Source of the DNA: Bacteroidota bacterium
Lineage (GTDB): Bacteria > Bacteroidota > Bacteroidia > NS11-12g > UBA955
DNA length: 64,000 nt
NCBI GenBank assembly: GCA_030832905.1
Contig: JAURIG010000001.1
Coordinates: 10,397-74,396, forward strand
Direction: 5' to 3'
The translations under genes were made by a program, and so were the position numbers. The notes beneath the pieces were generated by a model that saw nothing but the letters and a program-made list of their open reading frames with translations, ran no database searches and was not told the origin of the DNA. Position 1 is the first letter of the stretch; each line of letters opens with the position of its first letter. Below, piece by piece: positions 37,664-46,807 of the stretch.

Positions 37664-38341
37664 ATGCAAATAGACATTCAATTAGGACCAGGCAATTCAG
37701 TTGCCAAGATTCAAATGGCACCCAACGAAGCCATTACTGCAGAGGGTGGTGCTATGATTGCCATGAGTAATGATATGGACATCCAAACCACAACCTACAA
37801 GAAAAACAGCGGTGGTATTATGAAGGGGTTAAAACGTATGCTCAGTGGTGAAAGTTTTTTTATCAATCATTATACAGCTGGCCCAAATGGCGGAGAATTA
37901 TATTTAGCTCCAGGCTTACATGGCGATATGTTTACCTATGAGTTAAACAACACCTCACTGATAGTTCAATCAGGTTCGTATTTAGCTTCTGAACCAGGTG
38001 TAGAAATCGATTTCAATTGGCAAGGTTTAAAATCAATATTCTCAGGAGAAGGCTTATTTTGGTTGAATTTAAATGGCCAAGGCAAAGTAGTAGTTAATAG
38101 TTACGGTGCTATTTATCCTGTCGAAGTAGATGGCGATTACATTGTAGACACAGGTCACATCGTAGCATTTGAGCCAAGCTTATCCTTTTCGATTTCAAAA
38201 GTAGGTCGCAATTGGTTGTCTTCATTTTTAGGTGGAGAAGGCTTTGTCTGTCGCTTTAAGGGCAAAGGCACTGTTTGGTGTCAATCTCACAACCAAAAAA
38301 ACTTCGGCACTTCAATCGGTCCAAAATTAAAACCAAGATAA
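37664..38341 (+). CDS. AIM24/TIGR00266-family protein, paralog 2
   Basis: Contains SGESFFIN, SGEGLFWL, VDTGHIVAF and GEGFVCRFKGKGTVWCQS. Confidence 0.75.
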   Translation: MQIDIQLGPGNSVAKIQMAPNEAITAEGGAMIAMSNDMDIQTTTYKKNSGGIMKGLKRMLSGESFFINHYTAGPNGGELYLAPGLHGDMFTYELNNTSLIVQSGSYLASEPGVEIDFNWQGLKSIFSGEGLFWLNLNGQGKVVVNSYGAIYPVEVDGDYIVDTGHIVAFEPSLSFSISKVGRNWLSSFLGGEGFVCRFKGKGTVWCQSHNQKNFGTSIGPKLKPR

Positions 38342-38344
38342 TTT

Positions 38345-39016
38345 ATGAATACTCCATTTCAATTTGACATATCACATAAACCAGATTACAGTTTTTTAAC
38401 TGTTCAAATACCTCAAGGTAAAACCATAAAAGTTGAAGCTTCAGCAATGGCTACCATGGACACCAACATACAAATGAAAACCAAATTCAAAGGTGGTCTT
38501 GGTCGATTTTTAACAGGTGAATCTTTGTTCATTAATGAATTTACAGCTCAGAACGGCAGTGGTGAAATTACCATAGCCCCTTCAACTCCTGGAGATTTAG
38601 AGCATATCCATTTGAATAACGAAACCATTTACCTTCAAAACAGTGCCTACGTGGCATCTAATCCTAATATTGTTTTAGATACTAAATGGCAAGGCGTTAC
38701 TAAAGGTTTTTTCTCTGGAGAAAGTTTCTTTTTGATTAAAGCTTCCGGAGAAGGTGATCTTTGGTTTAACAGTTATGGTGGCATAATAGCCATCGATGTA
38801 AAAGATGCATTTGTAGTTGATACTGGTCATATTGTTGCTTTTACAGAAGGCTTAAGCTATAAAGTATCAAGACAAGGTGGTTATAAATCTTTATTCTTAT
38901 CTGGCGAAGGATTAGTTTGTAGATTCTCTGGCGAAGGAAAGGTATGGGTACAAACCAGAAAAGTCATGCCACTTCTAGGATTTTTACAACGCTTTAGACC
39001 TAGCAAAAGAAACTGA
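38345..39016 (+). CDS. AIM24/TIGR00266-family protein, paralog 3
   Basis: Contains TGESLFIN, SGESFFLI, VDTGHIVAF and GEGLVCRFSGEGKVWVQT. Confidence 0.75.
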   Translation: MNTPFQFDISHKPDYSFLTVQIPQGKTIKVEASAMATMDTNIQMKTKFKGGLGRFLTGESLFINEFTAQNGSGEITIAPSTPGDLEHIHLNNETIYLQNSAYVASNPNIVLDTKWQGVTKGFFSGESFFLIKASGEGDLWFNSYGGIIAIDVKDAFVVDTGHIVAFTEGLSYKVSRQGGYKSLFLSGEGLVCRFSGEGKVWVQTRKVMPLLGFLQRFRPSKRN

Positions 39017-39022
39017 TAAAAA

Positions 39023-40603
39023 TCAATAATTAAATTGCCTTAAAGCAGTATTTATTCTTAAACCAAACGAATACCAAAACGTTTGAATGCCATTGTTTTG
39101 CCTAGAATTGACTCTAAAGTCAAAGGAAACATGTTGTGTGGGTTGATAACTAATCACTACATCATTTACCATAAGCTTGGTTAATTTACCCATATACATA
39201 GTGGATGAAAAATCACTTACACGTTTATCGTCATATGATCTTAAAATATTGGTGCCATAATTACGGCCATTGAGGAAACTATCTCTACCCATTTTGGCAT
39301 ATGTTCCTGTCCATTGTATTCCCCATCGTTTGTATTGGTATTTAACTTGGGCCACTGTTTCAGCAAAATTAGAACCTAGTGGATGTGCCAAAGGTTGATT
39401 AAAGTGACTATAACTTTGACTCGGTATGCCATGGCTATAGGTATATGGTCTTACACGATTGTATTCTAACAAAACATCTAAATGTTGAATTTTAGCTAGA
39501 TTAAATGCTCTTGCGCCAATTTGATAGGCGTATTTGTTGGCCCACCAATTGGGTTGATCCTTGATATAATCCAATTTAAATTCATCTATTAACATTTGCC
39601 CATACACTTGATAACGATTGCGAATAGTCCATTGGGCATCAAGGGCCATTAAGCTATTATCTTTACTGCCCATACTTGATTCAATCGCTCTGTAAAAAAT
39701 AACTGGATTTAAATAATTTAAATCGAATTGACTGCGCATGCTTGAGTCCGAACGATCAAATAAGATCATCTCATTAACCCCAATTTGCAGATTGCGTCTG
39801 ATATCAAAGCTCAATCGATGAAAGGCCCCAAATTTTTTAGGATACAAAGTATTGCCTTGCACCATACCTCTATCAATGAATTGCGTGAATAGATTTTGGT
39901 AATGAAATCTTTTCACATCCGTATTGACCTTAAAAAACAAATATTGTGGAGCAAAATCACTTAATATCAAAGAGCGATAGCCATTCCCAATCTTGTGCTT
40001 ATCATGACCAAATTGCATTTTGATGTAATTTTTAGCTGTACTAAACGTAACATATGCTCTTGCTTGAAAAAAATCTACAGCCCCTTGCTTTTGATAATTT
40101 TTATAAAACCATTCATTGGGCACATAATTCATAGAATCTTTGGCAAACAAATAAGCCTCAGGATAGCGTTCTTGATTTTCTGTAAACAATGAGTAAAAAC
40201 CTACCCCCTTTTCGCCGCCTATTTGGCCATATATTTCTGCTCCTCTGGTATTTCTGTAAAGTGTTTGATTGGCTTGCTTGCCTCCTGAAAAATGAAACAC
40301 AGGATTAACAACCATTTGCCAATCATTGCTTGAATCCGTTAAATAGTAAAACTGGTCGGGTTGATGATAAAATAACTTAGAACGCTTTTTTGCTAACACT
40401 TCAATTTCAAATGATTTAGTATTTGAATTAGGACCAAGTCGCACGAATCTATTTTGAGCGGCATCGTATGGACTATTTGAAAACCCATCCCATTGCGACT
40501 TATATACTTTATAAGCCTGTTCAGACTCAATAGGGAAATATACCCATTGTGCTAATAAAGATTGACAAAAGCCAATCATAAGTAAGCAAACTATTCTATA
40601 CAT
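39023..40603 (-). CDS. Hypothetical outer-membrane beta-barrel protein
   Basis: Signal peptide (LLMIGFCQSLLAQ), an aromatic-rich alternating pattern and a C-terminal ...LRQFNY. The family is not recognised with confidence. Confidence 0.5.
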   Translation of the reverse strand: MYRIVCLLMIGFCQSLLAQWVYFPIESEQAYKVYKSQWDGFSNSPYDAAQNRFVRLGPNSNTKSFEIEVLAKKRSKLFYHQPDQFYYLTDSSNDWQMVVNPVFHFSGGKQANQTLYRNTRGAEIYGQIGGEKGVGFYSLFTENQERYPEAYLFAKDSMNYVPNEWFYKNYQKQGAVDFFQARAYVTFSTAKNYIKMQFGHDKHKIGNGYRSLILSDFAPQYLFFKVNTDVKRFHYQNLFTQFIDRGMVQGNTLYPKKFGAFHRLSFDIRRNLQIGVNEMILFDRSDSSMRSQFDLNYLNPVIFYRAIESSMGSKDNSLMALDAQWTIRNRYQVYGQMLIDEFKLDYIKDQPNWWANKYAYQIGARAFNLAKIQHLDVLLEYNRVRPYTYSHGIPSQSYSHFNQPLAHPLGSNFAETVAQVKYQYKRWGIQWTGTYAKMGRDSFLNGRNYGTNILRSYDDKRVSDFSSTMYMGKLTKLMVNDVVISYQPTQHVSFDFRVNSRQNNGIQTFWYSFGLRINTALRQFNY

Positions 40604-40647
40604 GTGTTTACAAACTTAGCCTCAATCTCTCGTAATTACAACAAAGC

Positions 40648-40947
40648 CTATTGGTCTTGCTTAAATTGATGTCTGGTTTGTGCTTTTTGTAATTGTCTTT
40701 GCCAGATCAGCTGTGCCAAACATTGCGCAATGAGCTTATTGTCTTGGCCAAAACAAGTTTTAGAGGCAGATTCAGAAACATCAATTTTATAAAGCAAATT
40801 GACCAAGGCATTAAAATCGTTCTGCAACAAATGAGCTATGTAAGCTTCTAATTTGAGCATAAAGCTCGTTTCATCTTGGCTCATTAGAGATTCATCAATC
40901 ACTTCAGATGCATGTTTAATGGCGATATCAACGATTGGATTTTCCAT
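40648..40947 (-). CDS. Hypothetical 99-aa protein immediately downstream of dnaG
   Basis: Track ORF that starts 1 nt after the dnaG stop. It looks helical and acidic with a basic tail. No family recognised. Confidence 0.4.
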   Translation of the reverse strand: MENPIVDIAIKHASEVIDESLMSQDETSFMLKLEAYIAHLLQNDFNALVNLLYKIDVSESASKTCFGQDNKLIAQCLAQLIWQRQLQKAQTRHQFKQDQ

Positions 40948-40948
40948 A

Positions 40949-42865
40949 TCAATTCATAGTTGAGCCTAAAATTTCTGAAATGGCATTTCTTACTTCAATG
41001 AGTTGAATATGGTAATGCAGCAATTGTTCTTTTTGCTCCTGCTCTAATTCTGATTTGGCCATTTCATCTAAATTATTTTGAATCATCTTTTCGATTTTAT
41101 TTTTCTTTAAAAACAAAAACAATGATTGTAAGTCGTTAATGTAATTTTCTTTTTCAGTCTTAATAAAAATGCCATTATCTGACCAAGCTGGGCTTAACTC
41201 AAAAAAATCTGTTAATAAATCAGCCGCTAATTGTCTGATACTTTCATCCTCGTGATTAACGAAGAATTGTTCATCCATTTGCAGTTCAGAATTCAATTGA
41301 TCCTTTACTGCTTGAAGAATTTTATTATAGAGTGGGTGCTCAATTTGCAGGGCATCGTCTTCATTCAATTCTTTGAAAATAAAATCAGATACTTTGGTCC
41401 CTTCTTGAAATGGTTTATGGCCTGATTGAATCAACAAACGAATTAAGTTTTTCTCTTGCTCTTCACCACCATGGTATACGCTGGTATCAGGCAATTGAGT
41501 TGGCATTTGCAAAATCTCAACAACATCAGTAGGTAAGACTTGATCGTCTACTACATGCTTTTGTTTTCTGATTTTAGCAATTTCAACCAATAACAACTTT
41601 TCATCTGCATCCATGATCCTACTGCATTCTCTTGCATAAGCAGAGCGCTTCAAGGCATCAGGAATCAAAGCTATACTTTGTAACAATTGTTTTAAAACTT
41701 CAGTCTTTTTTATCGGATCATTTCCTATTCCTTGCATCAATAAATCCGCCTTGAATAAAATAAAATCCTTCTGTTCTTGTTCTAAAAATAATTTAAAATC
41801 AACAGACCCAAGTTTCTGACAGTAAGAATCAGGATCCTCTCCATCTGGAAAGCTTACACATCGGACATTTAAGCCTTGTTCTAAAAGCAAATCAATTCCT
41901 CTTAAAGAAGCCTTAATACCAGCCGCATCTCCATCATACAATACCGTCACATTATCAGTAAACCTTTTAACCAATCTAATTTGTCCCTCAGTCAAAGATG
42001 TCCCAGAAGAGGCCACTACGTTTTTCACTTCTGCTTGATGCAATGAAATAACATCCGTATATCCCTCAACCAAGTAACAATTGTTCACTTGTTTTATGGT
42101 CTTCTTAGATTGAAAAATACCATATAAGACATGACTCTTATGATACACTTCAGTCTCAGGCGAATTCAAATACTTAGGTGACTTTTCATCTTTAACCAGC
42201 TGCCTACCGCCAAAAGCGATCACTTTGCCTGTCAAATCATGAATCGGAAAAATCACTCTATGCCTAAACAAATCAAAATATCCTCCATCCTCTCTTTGTT
42301 TTATAAGTCCGGCCTCGACAAAATGATCCAAATTAAACTGTTGCGATGTCGCAGCTTTAACTAAGCTGTCCCATGCTTGTGGCGAATACCCTAAATCAAA
42401 GTCATCAATCGTCTGTTTAGTAAAACCACGTTCTCTGAAATAGGAATCTCCCACACGCTTACCTTCTTCAGTATACAATTGCTCTACAAAATACTTTTTC
42501 GCAAATTCAAGTGCAATCAACAAAGCTTCACGCTTGCGCTGTTGTTCGTTATATGCTTCAGAATTAACCGCATTGTCTTCTTCAAGCACAATATTGTATT
42601 TTGAGGCCAGTTTACGAATTGCATCCGCAAAAGACAAAGAATCATGTTCCATTAAAAAACTAACAGAATTTCCTGCCTTACCACAACCAAAACATTTGTA
42701 AATACCTTTACTTGGAGACACCGTAAAAGATGGTGTTTTCTCGTCATGAAAAGGACAACGCCCCAACAAATTAGCTCCCCGTTTTTTTAAAGCAATATAA
42801 TCTCCAACAACTTCATCAATGGCAGAAGCATTAATGACGGCATCTATGGATTGTCTTGAAATCAT
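40949..42865 (-). CDS. dnaG: DNA primase
   Basis: CHC2 zinc finger CPFHDEKTPSFTVSPSKGIYKCFGCG and Toprim motifs (EGYTDV, YDGDAAG). Confidence 0.95.
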   Translation of the reverse strand: MISRQSIDAVINASAIDEVVGDYIALKKRGANLLGRCPFHDEKTPSFTVSPSKGIYKCFGCGKAGNSVSFLMEHDSLSFADAIRKLASKYNIVLEEDNAVNSEAYNEQQRKREALLIALEFAKKYFVEQLYTEEGKRVGDSYFRERGFTKQTIDDFDLGYSPQAWDSLVKAATSQQFNLDHFVEAGLIKQREDGGYFDLFRHRVIFPIHDLTGKVIAFGGRQLVKDEKSPKYLNSPETEVYHKSHVLYGIFQSKKTIKQVNNCYLVEGYTDVISLHQAEVKNVVASSGTSLTEGQIRLVKRFTDNVTVLYDGDAAGIKASLRGIDLLLEQGLNVRCVSFPDGEDPDSYCQKLGSVDFKLFLEQEQKDFILFKADLLMQGIGNDPIKKTEVLKQLLQSIALIPDALKRSAYARECSRIMDADEKLLLVEIAKIRKQKHVVDDQVLPTDVVEILQMPTQLPDTSVYHGGEEQEKNLIRLLIQSGHKPFQEGTKVSDFIFKELNEDDALQIEHPLYNKILQAVKDQLNSELQMDEQFFVNHEDESIRQLAADLLTDFFELSPAWSDNGIFIKTEKENYINDLQSLFLFLKKNKIEKMIQNNLDEMAKSELEQEQKEQLLHYHIQLIEVRNAISEILGSTMN

Positions 42866-42913
42866 TTGTAGTCATACAAATTTACTCAAATTAAATTGCT
42901 TGAATTAGGTTGT

Positions 42914-42950
42914 TGAAAAAAAGACCGTCGTTTTTTATCAACGGTCTTTT
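42914..42950 (-). terminator. Rho-independent terminator between ssb and dnaG
   Basis: 8-bp stem AAGACCGT (42921-42928) / ACGGTCTT (42941-42948), followed on the minus strand by a run of 7 T. Confidence 0.65.
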
Positions 42951-42967
42951 GATTTTCTTCAATGTGG

Positions 42968-43309
42968 TTATTTCTTGTTTGACCCCACCATGTGCAGTTC
43001 ATTGAGCACGATTTCGGTGACATGTCGTTTGATGCCATCTTTGTCATTGTAGTGGCGATTCACTAATCTCCCCTCCAACACAACTTCCCTCCCTTTTTCA
43101 AGAAATTTTGAAGCAATGTCAGCAATTTTACCATAGGCTACAATGTTGTGCCATTGAGTGTCTTCAATTTTTTCTCCTTTCTCGTTTTTGTAGTAATCAT
43201 TGGTTGCCAATGAAAAGTTAGTGACCATGTTACCGTTGTCGAATTTTTTGGTTTCTGGGTTAGTCCCAAGGTGGCCAATTAATGCCACTCGATTTCTTAA
43301 TGAATTCAT
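42968..43309 (-). CDS. ssb: Single-stranded DNA-binding protein, short form without an acidic C-terminal tail
   Basis: OB-fold pattern (NRVALIGHLGTNPE...FSLATN...TQWHNIVAYGK...KGREVVLEGRL). It ends ...HMVGSNKK. I set the start to ATG 43309 (MNSLRNRV). Confidence 0.8.
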   Translation of the reverse strand: MNSLRNRVALIGHLGTNPETKKFDNGNMVTNFSLATNDYYKNEKGEKIEDTQWHNIVAYGKIADIASKFLEKGREVVLEGRLVNRHYNDKDGIKRHVTEIVLNELHMVGSNKK

Positions 43310-43423
43310 AGTTTTAAATAAATGATGATTCAAAATTAATGAGGCAAAACAGGGCTATCAAGCATCAAACATTTATAAGTGTATTTAAGTGTTTAATGGC
43401 AGGAATTTAATAATTTTACAACC

Positions 43424-44809
43424 TTGATTTATGTGATAGTTGATATTGAAACCACCGGTGGTAGAACTGAAAAAGATCGTATCACAGATATTGCTATCAT
43501 TAAGCACGATGGGCAAAACACTATTGACACCTATCATTCATTAGTTAATCCCGAATGCTTTATACCGCATGACATTCAAAAATTAACCGGCATAAGCAAT
43601 GACATGGTAAAACAAGCCCCCAAATTTTATGAAATCGCGAAAGACATCATAGAATTTACAGAGGGATGTTGTTTTGTAGCGCACAATGTGCGTTTTGATT
43701 ACGGGTTTGTGAAAGCTGAATTCAAATCTTTAGGGTACCTTTATCAGAGACCAACCTTGTGTACCGTAAAATTATCCAGATCTACTTTTAAAGGCCTTTA
43801 TTCCTATAGCTTAGGCAACTTATGCGCGGCATTAGACATTCCCATTACAGATCGACACCGAGCCCTTGGAGATGCCAAGGCCACTGCTATCTTATTTGAA
43901 AAGATCCATCAAAAGCAGTCTCACAAAGATCCGGAATGGTTAAAATCGGAATCCACATTAACCAAATTTCCACCCTTATTAAAACCTGAGACCTTCCATC
44001 AAATACCCAATGAACTTACAGGGGTTTACTACTTTCACAACCAAGATGGTCATGTGGTTTACGTTGGCAAATCTATAGACATTAAAAAACGTATTGAACA
44101 ACATTTCAGAATCAAAAGCAATGAAAGTAAACGCTCATTGCAGATGAAAACTGAAATAGCAGATATTAGTTATGAAGCTATGGGCGATGAATTAATCGCT
44201 TTACTGCATGAGTCCTATGAAATCAAAAGACTAAAACCCATTTACAATGTGCTTCAAAAGAAAGCCAGAGCTGTCCCTTTTTATGGCTTATTCAGTGAAT
44301 ATGACAACAAGGGGTATATTGTATTTCAATTAAGAAAGTTAACAGCAGAAGACCAACCCATTTTTACAGCAGATTCTATGGCCAGCGCAAAAGCTGTTTT
44401 GCATAGAATGATGGAAACTTATGGATTATGTGAGGCTAAATGCGGCTTACAACAATACCCGGGACCTTGTTTCCGGAAACAAATTCATACTTGTAAGGGC
44501 GCATGTGTTGATGAAGAAGCCCCTGAGTTTTACAATGAAAAAGCCATAAAAGCCATTAAGGTCAATAGTTTTAATATGGAATGTTGCTTCATTGTAGGTA
44601 GAGGCAGAATAGCAAATGAATCTTCTGTTGTTCATATACACAATGGTCAATACAAGGGATTTGGATTCATTGACCATGACATAGACATTCAGCCAGAAGC
44701 ATTACAAAGAGTCATTAAGGCCTATCCCCATAACAGAGATATTCAACAAATTTTGTGTGCACATTTGGATAAGCGACACAAAGTTATAAAATACAAGGTA
44801 ACTGATTAA
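43424..44809 (+). CDS. DnaQ-like 3'-5' exonuclease fused to a GIY-YIG (Cho/UvrC-N-like) nuclease domain
   Basis: Exo motifs VDIETTGG, AHNVRFDYGF and HRALGDA, followed by GVYYFHNQDGHVVYVGKS...RIEQHF (GIY-YIG). The start is non-ATG, either TTG 43424 or GTG 43433. Confidence 0.8.
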   Translation: MIYVIVDIETTGGRTEKDRITDIAIIKHDGQNTIDTYHSLVNPECFIPHDIQKLTGISNDMVKQAPKFYEIAKDIIEFTEGCCFVAHNVRFDYGFVKAEFKSLGYLYQRPTLCTVKLSRSTFKGLYSYSLGNLCAALDIPITDRHRALGDAKATAILFEKIHQKQSHKDPEWLKSESTLTKFPPLLKPETFHQIPNELTGVYYFHNQDGHVVYVGKSIDIKKRIEQHFRIKSNESKRSLQMKTEIADISYEAMGDELIALLHESYEIKRLKPIYNVLQKKARAVPFYGLFSEYDNKGYIVFQLRKLTAEDQPIFTADSMASAKAVLHRMMETYGLCEAKCGLQQYPGPCFRKQIHTCKGACVDEEAPEFYNEKAIKAIKVNSFNMECCFIVGRGRIANESSVVHIHNGQYKGFGFIDHDIDIQPEALQRVIKAYPHNRDIQQILCAHLDKRHKVIKYKVTD

Positions 44810-45444
44810 AACAATCCGTTTAATTCGGCTTCAATTTTATTGATCACAAAATTGGCATCATTGGTATCATTTTCAAAGTCCAATTCATCAATATTTAAGA
44901 TGACCAATTTGCCTAATTTATAGGTTGAAATCCAAGCTTCATAGCGCTCGTTCAAACGCTTTAAGTAATCTAAACGAATGCTGTCTTCATAATCTCTGCC
45001 TCTTTGTTGAATTTGTTTAACCAAAGTTGGAATGGTGCCTCTAAGGTAAATTAACAAATCTGGCGCCTTGATCATATCGTTCAAGGAATTGAACAATGAG
45101 GTGTAATTTTCAAAATCACGGGTACTCATAAGGCCCATAGCATGAAGATTTGGCGCAAAAATATTGGCATCTTCATATATGGTTCTGTCTTGGATGACAG
45201 GTTTATTGTTTTCGCGAATCTTCTTGATGTTTTTATAACGAACATTTAAGAAATAGACTTGCAAATTGAAACTCCATCTTTGCATGTCTTCATAAAAATC
45301 ACTGATATATGGATTGTCGTCATTGTCTTCCAATTGAACATCCCATCCATAATGCTTAGCTAACATATTGGCCAAGGTGGTCTTACCACTACCAATATTG
45401 CCTGCTACGGCTATGTGCATGACTTTATTTTTCTGCTTGCTCAT
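44806..45444 (-). CDS. Deoxynucleoside kinase
   Basis: P-loop GNIGSGKTT, with dNK-family DRTIYED and RGR..E motifs. 212 aa. Confidence 0.85.
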   Translation of the reverse strand: MSKQKNKVMHIAVAGNIGSGKTTLANMLAKHYGWDVQLEDNDDNPYISDFYEDMQRWSFNLQVYFLNVRYKNIKKIRENNKPVIQDRTIYEDANIFAPNLHAMGLMSTRDFENYTSLFNSLNDMIKAPDLLIYLRGTIPTLVKQIQQRGRDYEDSIRLDYLKRLNERYEAWISTYKLGKLVILNIDELDFENDTNDANFVINKIEAELNGLF

Positions 45445-45500
45445 TTGAGTGCAAACATATTGAATTTATTCAACATGTACGGCAAAATGTTGAAAAATAA

Positions 45501-46331
45501 TCAGGTTTTTTTAGTCGAACTAAAATCTGTTAAATCCCTTGGCATCACAAACAAATAAGCCATTATACACATCCCCATAAATATCCCTAAATTCATGAGT
45601 AGCCAATCCATTAAGTGGAATACCAATAAAAAGACTGCAAGCAACTTATCACATCGCTTAGTAAAAAAACCAATAACAAAAGCCAATTGCAACAGAATAG
45701 CTAAAACAAAAACAGCATGACTAAACCCTATATGCTGCATACACCATTCTACCATTTGAATGCGCAAACTGTTGGGATAAAAATACCAATAAGCGGCGTG
45801 CTGACTCTGCAAAGTATTGACCAGATTATCAGGTTGCAAATAGGCCCCTCCCAATACTTTAAAAACCCCAGCCATGAAATAGGTCATGCAGACCATAAAC
45901 CTCGAAAAGTTGAATGTTAGTAAGGCTTTATTTTGCTTAAAATAAAAAGGAAACAAAGCGAATTGCAATCCAAATAAATGATGGGTATGATACCCCAACT
46001 TATAGTTAAAGAGCAATTGATAGCTCAAAAGCAAAAGCCCAAACACTATGGTCCAAATGGTTTTTTGTGCATTCACTATGGCCAACAAAAGACTTAAAAA
46101 CAGGGCTATTTCAAATGCAATAATGCCATAAAAAGTTTTAAAAATTGAGGGCAAGCCAATACTTTCCATTAACCAGTAGCTAGGGTCTAATCCTTTATAA
46201 TGAAAGGGCGAATTAAACAACTGATGAAGGCTTAAACCCGAGTAATGCAAATACACCAATTCAAGCCCGATAAGACAAAGCACCAAGCGTTTCCAAAAGC
46301 CATATGATTGCAAGCAAGACTTATTGAACAT
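45501..46331 (-). CDS. Hypothetical polytopic membrane protein
   Basis: 276 aa with at least 6 hydrophobic segments. It overlaps the upstream ORF by 11 nt. No family recognised. Confidence 0.5.
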   Translation of the reverse strand: MFNKSCLQSYGFWKRLVLCLIGLELVYLHYSGLSLHQLFNSPFHYKGLDPSYWLMESIGLPSIFKTFYGIIAFEIALFLSLLLAIVNAQKTIWTIVFGLLLLSYQLLFNYKLGYHTHHLFGLQFALFPFYFKQNKALLTFNFSRFMVCMTYFMAGVFKVLGGAYLQPDNLVNTLQSQHAAYWYFYPNSLRIQMVEWCMQHIGFSHAVFVLAILLQLAFVIGFFTKRCDKLLAVFLLVFHLMDWLLMNLGIFMGMCIMAYLFVMPRDLTDFSSTKKT

Positions 46332-46803
46332 ATTGTTTTTGAATTAATTGCCCTTGATTGAATCGGCATAAAAACAGACTGTCATTAACAGATGAATGCC
46401 CATTGGCTTTTAGCCATGTTTGGTACCATTTGGAAAAACCATTTAAACAGTCTTTTTCAGAATGAAAATGAAGACCTAACTTTTGCATTCTATCACTCAT
46501 AGGTTGGCCGTTAGGACTGTTATTAATGACCCAATAGCGAGTGGGTAAAATTTCTCTGAGTATAAAACCTGTGCCCGGAGCTTCATAGATGTTTATGGGT
46601 TGCCCCTTTTCATCTACAGGTAAAATCTGTTCGTAGTAAGGCAATTTAGGGGTGTACTGACTATACAAAGAAAAATAACCCAAGGGGGTAATTTCAAACT
46701 TAAACAGCAATTGGCTGAGGTATAAGCTTGCAATAATTAGGGTGAATACAAAAAAGCCTTTGTGTTGGTTTTTACAATATTTGAGCCATTGCCAAACCAT
46801 CAA
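46321..46803 (-). CDS. Hypothetical protein with a single N-terminal TM anchor
   Basis: 160 aa, with TM segment FFVFTLIIASLYLSQLLF. It starts 4 nt after the trpS stop. Confidence 0.5.
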   Translation of the reverse strand: MMVWQWLKYCKNQHKGFFVFTLIIASLYLSQLLFKFEITPLGYFSLYSQYTPKLPYYEQILPVDEKGQPINIYEAPGTGFILREILPTRYWVINNSPNGQPMSDRMQKLGLHFHSEKDCLNGFSKWYQTWLKANGHSSVNDSLFLCRFNQGQLIQKQYVQ

Positions 46804-46807
46804 TTGA

